A DNA stretch of 64,000 nt from Propionibacteriales bacterium (GTDB lineage Bacteria > Actinomycetota > Actinomycetes > Propionibacteriales > Propionibacteriaceae). This document shows, piece after piece, positions 53,516-62,197 of the stretch (position 1 is the first letter of the stretch; every line of letters begins with the position of its first letter). Where the stretch lies: the NCBI GenBank assembly GCA_038238065.1, contig JBBRYD010000001.1:17396-81395 (forward strand), read 5' to 3'. A model generated the notes under the pieces. The model had not been told where the DNA came from. It was given only the letters and a program-made list of their open reading frames with translations, and searched no databases. A program made the translations under genes and the position numbers.

Positions 53516-54076
53516 GTGACGCACATCTCGCGCCGTGTACCCCGTGCCCAGCTGATCGGTCGCGCCGTGCGCGGTTCCCGGCTCACCGTGGCGACGATGC
53601 TGGCCCTCGGGCTCGTGCTGACCGCCACGGCGTGCGGGATGCACGTGCAGACCAACAACCCCTACACCCCCGCCGACGGGATCAGCATCGACGTCGGCAC
53701 GGTGCACGTCCGCAACCTGACCATCGTCAGCCGGGCGGCCGGCGACGGATACCTGGCCGGCAGCATGGTCTCCACCGAGCCCGAGGCACTGCTGGCGGTG
53801 TCGGGCAAGCCGATCAAGACCGACGGCAGCGATGGCGCGGCGTTCACCGCCACCCTGCCTGATCCCGTGGCGCTGGGTAACGGAACGTTGGTCGTGCTGA
53901 CCGCCCGCCCGCTGATCACCGTCAAGAGCGCCGACCTCAAGCCCGGTCTGACGGCTTCGGTGACTCTGCAGTTCAGCAACGCCGGCGTGGTGAGTATCAA
54001 CACGACAGTGGTCGACGGCCTGTCGCCGCAGTACTCCACCATCAGCCCGACACCGAGCGCTGCGCCGAGCAGCTGA
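53516..54076 (+). CDS. Lipoprotein (LpqE-like)
   Basis: ATAC lipobox, QT..PYTPADG; divergent from carD as in other actinobacteria; AGGAG RBS. Confidence 0.75.
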   Translation: MTHISRRVPRAQLIGRAVRGSRLTVATMLALGLVLTATACGMHVQTNNPYTPADGISIDVGTVHVRNLTIVSRAAGDGYLAGSMVSTEPEALLAVSGKPIKTDGSDGAAFTATLPDPVALGNGTLVVLTARPLITVKSADLKPGLTASVTLQFSNAGVVSINTTVVDGLSPQYSTISPTPSAAPSS

Positions 54077-54131
54077 GGCGGCCAGTCGTAGGTCCGACCA
54101 ACAGTTGAAGACCGGTGGCGGGTCGGCGTGA

Positions 54132-55091
54132 TCAGCCGTAGGTGTCCTTGTCGCTGAACAGGCTGCTGACCGACTCACCGCAGTTGATCCGGTGGACCGC
54201 TTCGGCGAACAGGGGCGCGACGGAGCGGCTGGTGATGTTGGCCAGCTGCTTCTCCGGAGGAAGCGGCACGGTGTTGGTGGTGACGATCTCGAAGATGTCG
54301 GGTTCCTGCTTGAACCGCTCGATGGCCGGTCCGGTGAAGAGTCCGTGGGTGCAGGCCACCGAGATCTGCCGGACGCCTTCCTTGCGCAGCACCCGGAGCA
54401 GCTCGATGATCGAGCCTCCGGTGGCGATCTCGTCGTCCAGGATGATCACGTCGCGGCCGTGTACGTCCCCGACGATCCTGTCGATGACCACCGTGTCGTC
54501 GCTCTGGCGCTGCTTCGACCCGGCGGCGACCGGCACCCCCAGCTCCCGGGCGAACTCGGAGGCGACCTTGGCGTTGCCCAGGTCGGGCGAGACCACCACG
54601 GTATTGGTCAGGTCCTGTCGGCGGAAGTGCGCGGCCAGCTCGAGGATGGCGCTCAGGTGGTCGACCGGTACGGAGAAGAACCCGTGAACCTGGGGCGCGT
54701 GCAGGGCCATGGTCAGCACCCGGGTGGCGCCGGCGGCGGCGATCATGTCGGCCACCAGACGACCGCCGATGGAGATGCGGGGCTGGTCCTTCTTGTCCGA
54801 CCGGGCGTAGGCGAAGTGCGGGATCACGGCGGTGATGTGCGCGGCCGAGGCTCCGCGTGCGGCGTCCAGCATGAACAGCAGCTCCATCAGGTTCTCCTGC
54901 ACCGGAGGCACCAGCGGCTGGACCACATAGACGTCGCGCTGCCGGCAGTTGGCGCGCAGCTGAACCTGCAGGCAGTCGTTGCTGAACCGTGTGGTGTTGG
55001 AGTGGGACAGGTCGACGCCCAGGATCCTGCACATCTCCTCGGCGAACTCTGGGTGGGCCGAACCTGAAAAAACAGTGATGTCGCCGGTCAC
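54132..55091 (-). CDS. prs: Ribose-phosphate pyrophosphokinase
   Basis: YARSDKK, VVSPDLG, ILDDEIATGGS, CTHGLF. Confidence 0.93.
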   Translation of the reverse strand: MTGDITVFSGSAHPEFAEEMCRILGVDLSHSNTTRFSNDCLQVQLRANCRQRDVYVVQPLVPPVQENLMELLFMLDAARGASAAHITAVIPHFAYARSDKKDQPRISIGGRLVADMIAAAGATRVLTMALHAPQVHGFFSVPVDHLSAILELAAHFRRQDLTNTVVVSPDLGNAKVASEFARELGVPVAAGSKQRQSDDTVVIDRIVGDVHGRDVIILDDEIATGGSIIELLRVLRKEGVRQISVACTHGLFTGPAIERFKQEPDIFEIVTTNTVPLPPEKQLANITSRSVAPLFAEAVHRINCGESVSSLFSDKDTYG

Positions 55092-55114
55092 CCGAGCAGG
55101 ATAGCGGTGTTCGG

Positions 55115-55792
55115 TCAGCCCTCGAACTTGTAGCCCAGGCCGCGGACGGTGACCAGGTAGCGGGGATTGGCCGGATCCGGCTCGATCTTCGTCCGCAGCC
55201 GTTTGACGTGCACGTCGAGAGTCTTCGTATCACCCACGTAGTCAGCGCCCCAGATGCGGTCGATCAGCTGGCCGCGGGTCATCACCCGGCCGGCGTTGCG
55301 GAGCAGCATCTCCAGCAGCTCGAACTCCTTCAGCGCCAGCTTGACCCGGGAACCTTCGACGGAGACCTCGTGGCGTTCGACGTCCATCCGGACCCCCGCC
55401 GACTCGACGACGTCAGGCAACAGGTCGACGTCCTGGCCACGGCGCAGCACGGCGCGGATCCGAGCCACGAGCTCGCGCTGGCTGAACGGCTTGGTGACGT
55501 AGTCGTCGGCGCCGAGCTCGAGCCCGACCACCTTGTCCACCTCCGAGTCGCGCGCGGTGACCATGATGACCGGCACCGGTCCCCGGAGTCGGAGCTGGCG
55601 ACAGACCTCGGTGCCCGGCAGTCCCGGCATCATCAGGTCGAGCAGCACGATGTCGGCACCGACCCGGTCGTACTCGGCCAGACCGGCGGTGCCGTCCGCC
55701 GCCTCGACCACGTCGAAGCCCTCCTTGCGCAACATGTAGGCCAAGGCTTCGCGATAGGACTCCTCGTCCTCGACAACTAGCACGCGGGTCAT
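55115..55792 (-). CDS. regX3: OmpR-family response regulator RegX3/PhoP
   Basis: MTRVLVVEDEES, LLDLMMPG, DYVTKPF, WGADYVGDTKTLDVHVKRLR. Confidence 0.93.
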   Translation of the reverse strand: MTRVLVVEDEESYREALAYMLRKEGFDVVEAADGTAGLAEYDRVGADIVLLDLMMPGLPGTEVCRQLRLRGPVPVIMVTARDSEVDKVVGLELGADDYVTKPFSQRELVARIRAVLRRGQDVDLLPDVVESAGVRMDVERHEVSVEGSRVKLALKEFELLEMLLRNAGRVMTRGQLIDRIWGADYVGDTKTLDVHVKRLRTKIEPDPANPRYLVTVRGLGYKFEG

Positions 55793-57033
55793 CTGATGAT
55801 CTCCTGACGGTTCTGACGGTCTGAGGGGGGAGAAGCGACCGCATCGGGCACGCTGTCGTCGAGCTGGCCCGGTCGGGCGCTGGTGCGGACCGGCTCGATC
55901 CGGAGGTGCGCGGGGATGCGGATGGTGAAGGTCGATCCGCGACCCGGTTGGCTCCAGACGGCGACCTCACCTCCGTGGGTGGCCGCGATGTGCTTGACGA
56001 TGGACAGGCCCAGGCCGGTGCCGCCGTTGGCGCGGCTGCGCGCGAAGTCGACACGGTAGAAGCGCTCGAAGATGCGCTGCAGGTCGGCCGGGGCGATGCC
56101 GATCCCGTTGTCGGAGACAGTGATCTCGACGTAGTCGTCGTCGCTCATCACCTGCAGCCGGGCGGCCACCACCACGCGGGCGCCGGGATCGGAGTAGATC
56201 AGGGCGTTCTCGACCAGGTTGCTGACCGCGACGCCCAGCTGGCGAGCGCTGCCGAGGACCTGGCAGCCCTTGGTGCCGGCCACGGTCAGCGAGACCTGAT
56301 GGCGCTCCGCCTCGACCCGGCTGCGATCCACGGCCTCGGCGAGGACCTGGTCGATGTCGACCTCCTCCGGGGCGGCCAGCGGGTCGTCGGCCTGGAGCCG
56401 GGACAGGTCGATGATCTGAGCCACCAGGGCGTTGAGCCGGGCCGACTCGACGGTCATCCGAGTGGCGAACTTCCGGACGGCGGGTGGGTCGTCCGACGCC
56501 TCCTCCACCGCCTCGGCCAACAAGGAGATCGCTCCGATCGGGGTCTTCAGCTCGTGGCTCACGTTGGCCACGAAGTCGCGCCGGGTCTCCTCGATCCGCC
56601 GGGCGGCGGTGCGGTCGTCGGCCAGAATCAGGATCAGGTCCTCGGCCAGTGGGGCCACCCGGGCCGAGAAGTACGTAGAGGCGGCACGGGCGCCACGCTG
56701 GATCTCGAGATCGATGGTCTGGATCAGGTGGTCTCGCCGGACGGTCCGGACCAGGTCGAGCAGCTCCGGGATGACCACCCGGCTGCCGCGGACCAGGCCG
56801 AGCGTACGAGCCGGCGCGCTGGCCTGCAGCACCTCGTCGTGCGGACCGACGACCACCGCCGACGACCTGAGCGCCTCCAGCACCTCCGACACTCCCTGGG
56901 GCACCACGGAGGGCGCGTCCTCGAAGTCAGGGGACTCGGGAGTACGAGGGCGGCGCAGGGCCGCCCAGGTGAGCAGACTCCCGAGCAGCAGCCCCGCCAC
57001 GGTCGCGACGATCGCGACACCGGTCGTGTTCAC
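55789..57033 (-). CDS. senX3: Sensor histidine kinase SenX3/PhoR
   Basis: N-terminal TM, RRDFVANVSHELKTP, NLVENA, DNGIG, GGTGLGL; start GTG 57033. Confidence 0.92.
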   Translation of the reverse strand: MNTTGVAIVATVAGLLLGSLLTWAALRRPRTPESPDFEDAPSVVPQGVSEVLEALRSSAVVVGPHDEVLQASAPARTLGLVRGSRVVIPELLDLVRTVRRDHLIQTIDLEIQRGARAASTYFSARVAPLAEDLILILADDRTAARRIEETRRDFVANVSHELKTPIGAISLLAEAVEEASDDPPAVRKFATRMTVESARLNALVAQIIDLSRLQADDPLAAPEEVDIDQVLAEAVDRSRVEAERHQVSLTVAGTKGCQVLGSARQLGVAVSNLVENALIYSDPGARVVVAARLQVMSDDDYVEITVSDNGIGIAPADLQRIFERFYRVDFARSRANGGTGLGLSIVKHIAATHGGEVAVWSQPGRGSTFTIRIPAHLRIEPVRTSARPGQLDDSVPDAVASPPSDRQNRQEIIR

Positions 57034-57117
57034 AGTCCAGATACTAAGGTGCAATATTCCCGTCGCGGCCCAGCTGGATTTGCGCCCAGGGTGCCGAGGC
57101 CGGACCGTTGGGAAGAT

Positions 57118-57139
57118 GTTCACGCTCCGTTCATGCGTG
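57118..57139 (+). promoter_or_regulatory. PHO box (PhoP/RegX3 direct repeats)
   Basis: GTTCACGCTCC GTTCATGCGTG: two GTTCA units at 11-nt period between the divergent senX3 and phoU. Confidence 0.75.
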
Positions 57140-57225
57140 GGCACACTGCTCGTAGTGATCGGACCTAGAGTGGAGTAAAGCCGCAACCCTGCTGGCGATC
57201 CAGGTTCGACGACGGGACACATCTC

Positions 57226-57891
57226 ATGCGTGACTCCTACCGGGAGCAGCTCGACGACATCTTGGCCGATCTGGTCCAGATGTCGCAGGTCGTGTCCTCG
57301 GCAGTGCGCAGCAGCACCACGGCTTTGCTCGAAGCCGACATCCATCTGGCTGAGCAGGTCATCGGGGATGACCAGAAGCTCGACCACAAGCAGGCCGACA
57401 TCGAGGCCCGCGCGTTTCAGCTGCTCGCCCGGCAGTCCCCCGTGGCGGGTGAGCTCCGCACCCTGGTGGCGACCCTCCGGATGGTGACCGAGCTGGAGCG
57501 GATGGGCGACCTCGCGGCTCACGTCGCCAAGATCGCTCGACTCCGTTACCCCGAGACCGCCGTCCCGGAGCTGCTCCGGCCGAGTTTCGTCCGGATGGGT
57601 GACGTGGCGGAGAAGATGGTCGTCACCGCTGGTCAGACCCTCAACGACCGCAACCTGCAGAACGCCCAGGAGCTGCGCGACCGTGACGAGGAGATGGACG
57701 AGCTGCGGCGGACCCAGTTCCGCGTGCTGCTGGGCGAGGACTGGCCCTACAGCGTGGAAGCCGCGGTGGACGTGGCGCTGCTCGGGCGTTACTACGAGCG
57801 GATCGCCGACCACGCCGCCTCGATGGCTCGCCGGATCATCTACGTCGTCACCGGCTCCTTCCCCGAAGACGCGGACTGGCCGCAGCCGTAA
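57226..57891 (+). CDS. phoU: Phosphate signalling protein PhoU
   Basis: ARQSPVAGELR, ELERMGDLA, GRYYERIADHA. Confidence 0.95.
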   Translation: MRDSYREQLDDILADLVQMSQVVSSAVRSSTTALLEADIHLAEQVIGDDQKLDHKQADIEARAFQLLARQSPVAGELRTLVATLRMVTELERMGDLAAHVAKIARLRYPETAVPELLRPSFVRMGDVAEKMVVTAGQTLNDRNLQNAQELRDRDEEMDELRRTQFRVLLGEDWPYSVEAAVDVALLGRYYERIADHAASMARRIIYVVTGSFPEDADWPQP

Positions 57892-57945
57892 CACCGGGGC
57901 CCGGCACTGCGGTCTCCGCGGTCGGGCCGGCTGGATGGATACCCG

Positions 57946-58701
57946 CTACGCCTTCTTCTTACCCTGGTTCTTCACGGCTTCGATGGACGCGGCGGCGGCG
58001 GCGGGATCGAGGTAGCGACCACCCGGGGTGAGGGGCTTCATGTCGTCGTCGAGCTCGTAGACGAGTGGGATGCCCGTCGGGATGTTGAGGCCCACGATCT
58101 CTGCATCCCCGATCTGGTCGAGGTGCTTGACGATGGCGCGGATCGAGTTGCCGTGGGCCGCGATCAGCGTCACCTTGCCGAGTCGCAGGTCCGGCACGAT
58201 CTCGTCGTACCAGTAGGGCAGCGCCCGGCCGAGGACGTCCTTCAGGCACTCGGTCCGCGGACGGGCCTCCGACGGCAGCACGGCGTAGCGTGCGTCGGCG
58301 AAGTTGGCGTACGGGTCGTCGTCAGAGATCGGTGGCGGCGGAGCGTCGTAGGACCGGCGCCAGATCATGAACTGCTCCTCCCCGAACTCGGCCAGCGTCT
58401 CGGCCTTGTCCTTGCCCTGCAGCGCGCCGTAGTGACGCTCGTTCAACCGCCACGACCGCTTGGTCTCGATCCAGTGGCGGTCGGCGCCCATCAGCGCGAT
58501 CTGGGCCGTCCGGATGGCCCGCTTGAGCAGAGAGGTGTGCACCACGTCGGGCAGCAGGGCGGACTCGACGAGCAGCTCACCACCACGCTCGGCCTCCGCG
58601 GTGCCCTTCGCGTTGAGGTCGACGTCGACCCACCCGGTGAACAGGTTCTTCGCGTTCCACTCACTCTCGCCGTGACGCAGCAGGATCAGGGTAGAAGTCA
58701 T
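57946..58701 (-). CDS. gpmA: 2,3-BPG-dependent phosphoglycerate mutase
   Basis: [37 protein letters not shown]. Confidence 0.96.
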   Translation of the reverse strand: MTSTLILLRHGESEWNAKNLFTGWVDVDLNAKGTAEAERGGELLVESALLPDVVHTSLLKRAIRTAQIALMGADRHWIETKRSWRLNERHYGALQGKDKAETLAEFGEEQFMIWRRSYDAPPPPISDDDPYANFADARYAVLPSEARPRTECLKDVLGRALPYWYDEIVPDLRLGKVTLIAAHGNSIRAIVKHLDQIGDAEIVGLNIPTGIPLVYELDDDMKPLTPGGRYLDPAAAAASIEAVKNQGKKKA

Positions 58702-58854
58702 GCGCCGAGCCTAAGTGGTGCGGGGCCGGCGACAACGACGGGGCGTTCGCCGCGGATGTTCGGCTGCCGGATGACGCGTTCGCGACCGGCGGGGGGGCCG
58801 CCGGGAGCCCGACCCGACACTCAGACCGGAAGGTCAGCGCGAAACACTGACGTC

Positions 58855-59622
58855 ATGACGGAACCAACTCAGCCCCCAGCCCGACCGGTCGCCGTGGTGA
58901 CCGGCGCCAGCAGCGGAATCGGTGCCGCAACGGCTCGGGCGCTCGCCGCGGCCGGCTACCAGGTCGTGTGCGCGGCCCGACGGCGAGACCGGATCGACGC
59001 GCTGGCGGCGGAGATCGACGGGGTGGCGGTCCACTGCGACGTCACCGACGCGGCCTCCGTGGCCGCGTTGGCCGACGCGGTGGGCGCGAGCTGTGACGTG
59101 CTGGTCAACAATGCCGGACTGGCGCTCGGGATGGAGCCGGTCGCCGAAGCCGACCTCGACGCGTGGCAGACCATGTACGCCACCAACGTGCTGGGCAGCG
59201 TCGCCGTGACCAAGGCGCTGCTGCCCAGTCTGGTCGCCTCCGAGGGCCAGATCATCTTCATCACCTCAACCGCGGCGGACCTGCCCTACGAGGGCGGGGC
59301 CGGATACTGCGGCGCCAAGGCGGCCGAGCGAGCCGTGGCCGGAGCCATGCGGCTCGAGCTGTTCGACCAGCCCGTCCGGATCGCCGAGATCTCGCCCGGG
59401 ATGGTCCGCACCGACGAGTTCTCCACCACGCGGTTCCGCGGCGACACCGAGCGGGCGGACAAGATCTACGCCGGTGTGGCGCGTCCGTTGACCGCCGACG
59501 ACATCGCGGACTGCATCAGCTGGGTCGCCACCAGACCGGCGCACGTCAACATCGACCGGATCACGGTCCGACCCCGGGCTCAGGCCGCCCAGCACAAAGT
59601 GCACCGGGTCTTCACCGAGTAG
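58855..59622 (+). CDS. SDR oxidoreductase (YdfG-like)
   Basis: TGASSGIG, NNAG, YCGAK, PGMVRT, RPAHVNI. Confidence 0.9.
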   Translation: MTEPTQPPARPVAVVTGASSGIGAATARALAAAGYQVVCAARRRDRIDALAAEIDGVAVHCDVTDAASVAALADAVGASCDVLVNNAGLALGMEPVAEADLDAWQTMYATNVLGSVAVTKALLPSLVASEGQIIFITSTAADLPYEGGAGYCGAKAAERAVAGAMRLELFDQPVRIAEISPGMVRTDEFSTTRFRGDTERADKIYAGVARPLTADDIADCISWVATRPAHVNIDRITVRPRAQAAQHKVHRVFTE

Positions 59623-59706
59623 GCGCTAAACCCACGGCGCAACCCTGCGTGTCGCGCCGGATAAGTGCCTCGTCGGCGGGTGGGGGTGGGCGCGTAGGGT
59701 GCGGGC

Positions 59707-60183
59707 ATGGCCAGATCCATCGCGACCAACAGCTCCGTCGGGCTCGCCGAGCTGCTCGACTTCGTCCGCCCTCGTCACCGGTTGCTCGTCGCGACCACTC
59801 GGCGTGACGGCCGTCCGCAGATCTCGCCGGTCTCCGGCGGCGTGGACGACCAGGGCCGGATCGTCATCTCCACCTACCCGGGACGCGCCAAGACGCGCAA
59901 CGCCGAGAAGGACCCACACGTCTCGGTGCTGGTCCTCAGCGACGACTGGGACGGACCGTGGGTGCAGGTCGACGGTGACGCCGAGGTGCTAAACATGCCC
60001 GAGGCCGCCGACGGTCTGGTCGACTACTTTCGCTGCATCGCCGGCGAGCATCCGGACTGGGACGAGTACCGGGAGGCGATGCGGATCCAGAACAAGTCGC
60101 TGATCCGGATCACGCCGACGCGCTGGGGGCCGATCGCCACCGGCGGCTTCCCCGCCGACGTGGCCGCCCGCCTGGACCGGTGA
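59707..60183 (+). CDS. PPOX-class F420-dependent oxidoreductase
   Basis: TTRRDGRPQISPV, RAKTRN, EHPDWDEYR. Confidence 0.9.
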   Translation: MARSIATNSSVGLAELLDFVRPRHRLLVATTRRDGRPQISPVSGGVDDQGRIVISTYPGRAKTRNAEKDPHVSVLVLSDDWDGPWVQVDGDAEVLNMPEAADGLVDYFRCIAGEHPDWDEYREAMRIQNKSLIRITPTRWGPIATGGFPADVAARLDR

Positions 60184-60232
60184 CCACGCCGGCGTGCTCC
60201 AATCGCCGAGCCGGCGCGACGGGCCGCCAGGA

Positions 60233-60739
60233 TCAGTCCGGTTGCCGCTCCGGGTCGAGGCTCGTGAACGCAGACAGGTTGGCCGTCGACTCACCCCGGG
60301 AGCGTCGCCAGACCCACTCGCGCCGGATGCTGGTGGCGAAGCCCAGTTCGAGGATCGCGTTGAAGCTCGCGTCGGCCGTCTCGGCGACGGACCCGAGGAT
60401 CCGGTCCACCTCGTCGACGGTCACGCCGGCCAGCGCGAGCTTGCCGGTCAGGTAGATATCGCCCAGGGCGTCGATCGAGAACGCCACCCCGTACAGCTTC
60501 AGGTTGCGCATCAGCAGCCAGCGGTAGACGCCGGCGTGGTTCTCGTCCGGGTTGCGGGCCACGAAGGCGCGAACGTTGACGCCGTGCTGGCCGACGTCCA
60601 AGGCACACTCGGTGGTCAGTTTCCGGGTCCCCGGCAACGTCACGGCGAAGACGCCAGGTCTGGTCTCCGACCACGAGACCCCGAGCCCGGTCAGGGCCGC
60701 GCGGATCGCGTCCAGGGCGGCCTGCCGCTCGTCGTTCAC
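60233..60739 (-). CDS. YbjN domain protein
   Basis: LPGTRKL.T, AFVARNPDENH, NAILELGF, WRRSRGES. Confidence 0.88.
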   Translation of the reverse strand: MNDERQAALDAIRAALTGLGVSWSETRPGVFAVTLPGTRKLTTECALDVGQHGVNVRAFVARNPDENHAGVYRWLLMRNLKLYGVAFSIDALGDIYLTGKLALAGVTVDEVDRILGSVAETADASFNAILELGFATSIRREWVWRRSRGESTANLSAFTSLDPERQPD

Positions 60740-60804
60740 CCGTCGCAGCCTACCCAGCGGCTGACGCTTCCCCGGCGGAGCAGTTGTGACCTACGCTCCT
60801 GGGT

Positions 60805-61653
60805 ATGCGCAGTGAAGCGATGAGCCAAGCCGGACCGACGACCGACGAACGCGTGACGGCGGCGGTGGACGCTCTCTACGGCGACGGAATCACCGCCTGC
60901 CCGAAGGCGTTCTCCCGCGACTGGGCCGACGTCATGCACGCCGACATCCTGGCCGCCTTCGACGAGGCGATCAGCCGAGAGGGCGGAGCGGTCGGGCGCG
61001 GTCCCCAGCGCTACTACGTCGAGATCCACCCCGAGCAGCTGCGTGGGTTCGTGGACCTGGTGACCCATCCGTGGGTGACTGCCGTGTCGGAGGCGGTGCT
61101 CGGCCCCGACTACGAGATCGTCGAGATCGGCTTCGACATCCCCTTCGCCGGAGCCAAGGACCAGCCCTGGCACCGGGACTTCCCGTCGCCGCCGGAGACG
61201 TACGAGCAGCACCGGCTCACCTCGCTCGCGTTCAACCTCACCGCAGTGGACACAGAACCCGAGATGGGTCCCTTCCACATCGCGGTCGGCACCCAGTTCG
61301 AGAGCGGTCTGGACTTCGCCCACGCCATGTTTCCGGCCGAGAGCGAATGGCCGCGCTACGAGCAGCTCGGCCAGCTCAAGCTCCCCAAGCGCGGTGACAT
61401 GTCCGCTCGGTCGGCGCTGACCATCCATCGCGGCACGGCCAACCACTCCGAGGTGGCCCGGCCGGTCCTGGTGCTCGGGGTCGATGCTCCGGGCGCAGGT
61501 CACGCCGAGCTGCACGACATGATGGTGACGCGCTCGTTCCGGGATGCACTGCCCGACGGCGTCTGGCGGCACCTGCCGGCGAGGGTGGTCGAGGAGCTGG
61601 TGCCGATCGTGCAGAAGCACACCATCGAGGGCTTGGTCATGGGCGCCCCCTGA
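60805..61653 (+). CDS. Phytanoyl-CoA dioxygenase family (Fe/2OG) protein
   Basis: QPWHRDF HxD motif, IHRGTAN, RPVLV. Confidence 0.88.
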   Translation: MRSEAMSQAGPTTDERVTAAVDALYGDGITACPKAFSRDWADVMHADILAAFDEAISREGGAVGRGPQRYYVEIHPEQLRGFVDLVTHPWVTAVSEAVLGPDYEIVEIGFDIPFAGAKDQPWHRDFPSPPETYEQHRLTSLAFNLTAVDTEPEMGPFHIAVGTQFESGLDFAHAMFPAESEWPRYEQLGQLKLPKRGDMSARSALTIHRGTANHSEVARPVLVLGVDAPGAGHAELHDMMVTRSFRDALPDGVWRHLPARVVEELVPIVQKHTIEGLVMGAP

Positions 61654-62188
61654 TCGTCGAGAGCACGAAGTCAGCTCGTTCGGCCGGTGTGGTCCGGGGC
61701 AGCACGACCACGTCGTAGCCGAGTTGTCGGTAGACGGCCTCGAGCGGCGGAAAGATCGAGGCGGTGAACTCGACGGTCTGCACCCGCTCGTCGTCAGTGC
61801 GGTAGATCTCCGGCCACGGCGGCGCGATGAAGACCGTCTCGGCGTAGCGCCACTCCCGAGCAGCCCGCCACACGTGATCGGGCACGTGTCCGACCTGGTC
61901 GGCGAAGAAGCTGACCAGCTCCCCGATCCCCCGGTCACTGAACACCGGCCCATCCATCGTGGCCGCCTGCTCGTAGGACCGCATCTCCCAGGACAACATC
62001 AGCTCTCCGAAGAGGCTCGGGTCGTCCCGCACGGGGCTCCCGAGCCCAGCGTGGGCCCGAACGATGGCCCGGGCCCCCTCGGGGAGATGCGGGTGTCCCC
62101 GCCCGGCCAGCTCGTCCAGCAGGGTCGACTTCCCGGCGCCGGGTCCACCCGTCACGATGAAGTAGTGCTCGAGGGTGCGCACCGCCAT
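61637..62188 (-). CDS. AAA_28-type P-loop ATPase/kinase
   Basis: VTGGPGAGKSTL, FSDRG, PPWPEIY.TD.ER. Confidence 0.85.
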   Translation of the reverse strand: MAVRTLEHYFIVTGGPGAGKSTLLDELAGRGHPHLPEGARAIVRAHAGLGSPVRDDPSLFGELMLSWEMRSYEQAATMDGPVFSDRGIGELVSFFADQVGHVPDHVWRAAREWRYAETVFIAPPWPEIYRTDDERVQTVEFTASIFPPLEAVYRQLGYDVVVLPRTTPAERADFVLSTIRGRP

Positions 62189-62197
62189 CGTCGATCC

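Noticed and set aside
55789-57894. Long N-terminal extensions in the ORF track (senX3 701 aa, photolyase 657 aa, metallopeptidase 722 aa, SDR 499 aa, S53 545 aa)
   Set aside because: Extensions overlap neighbouring real genes; internal starts with -10 or RBS support were used
60233-60804. Absence of mshA beside ybjN
   Set aside because: Only a gene-order difference; mshA may lie outside the window
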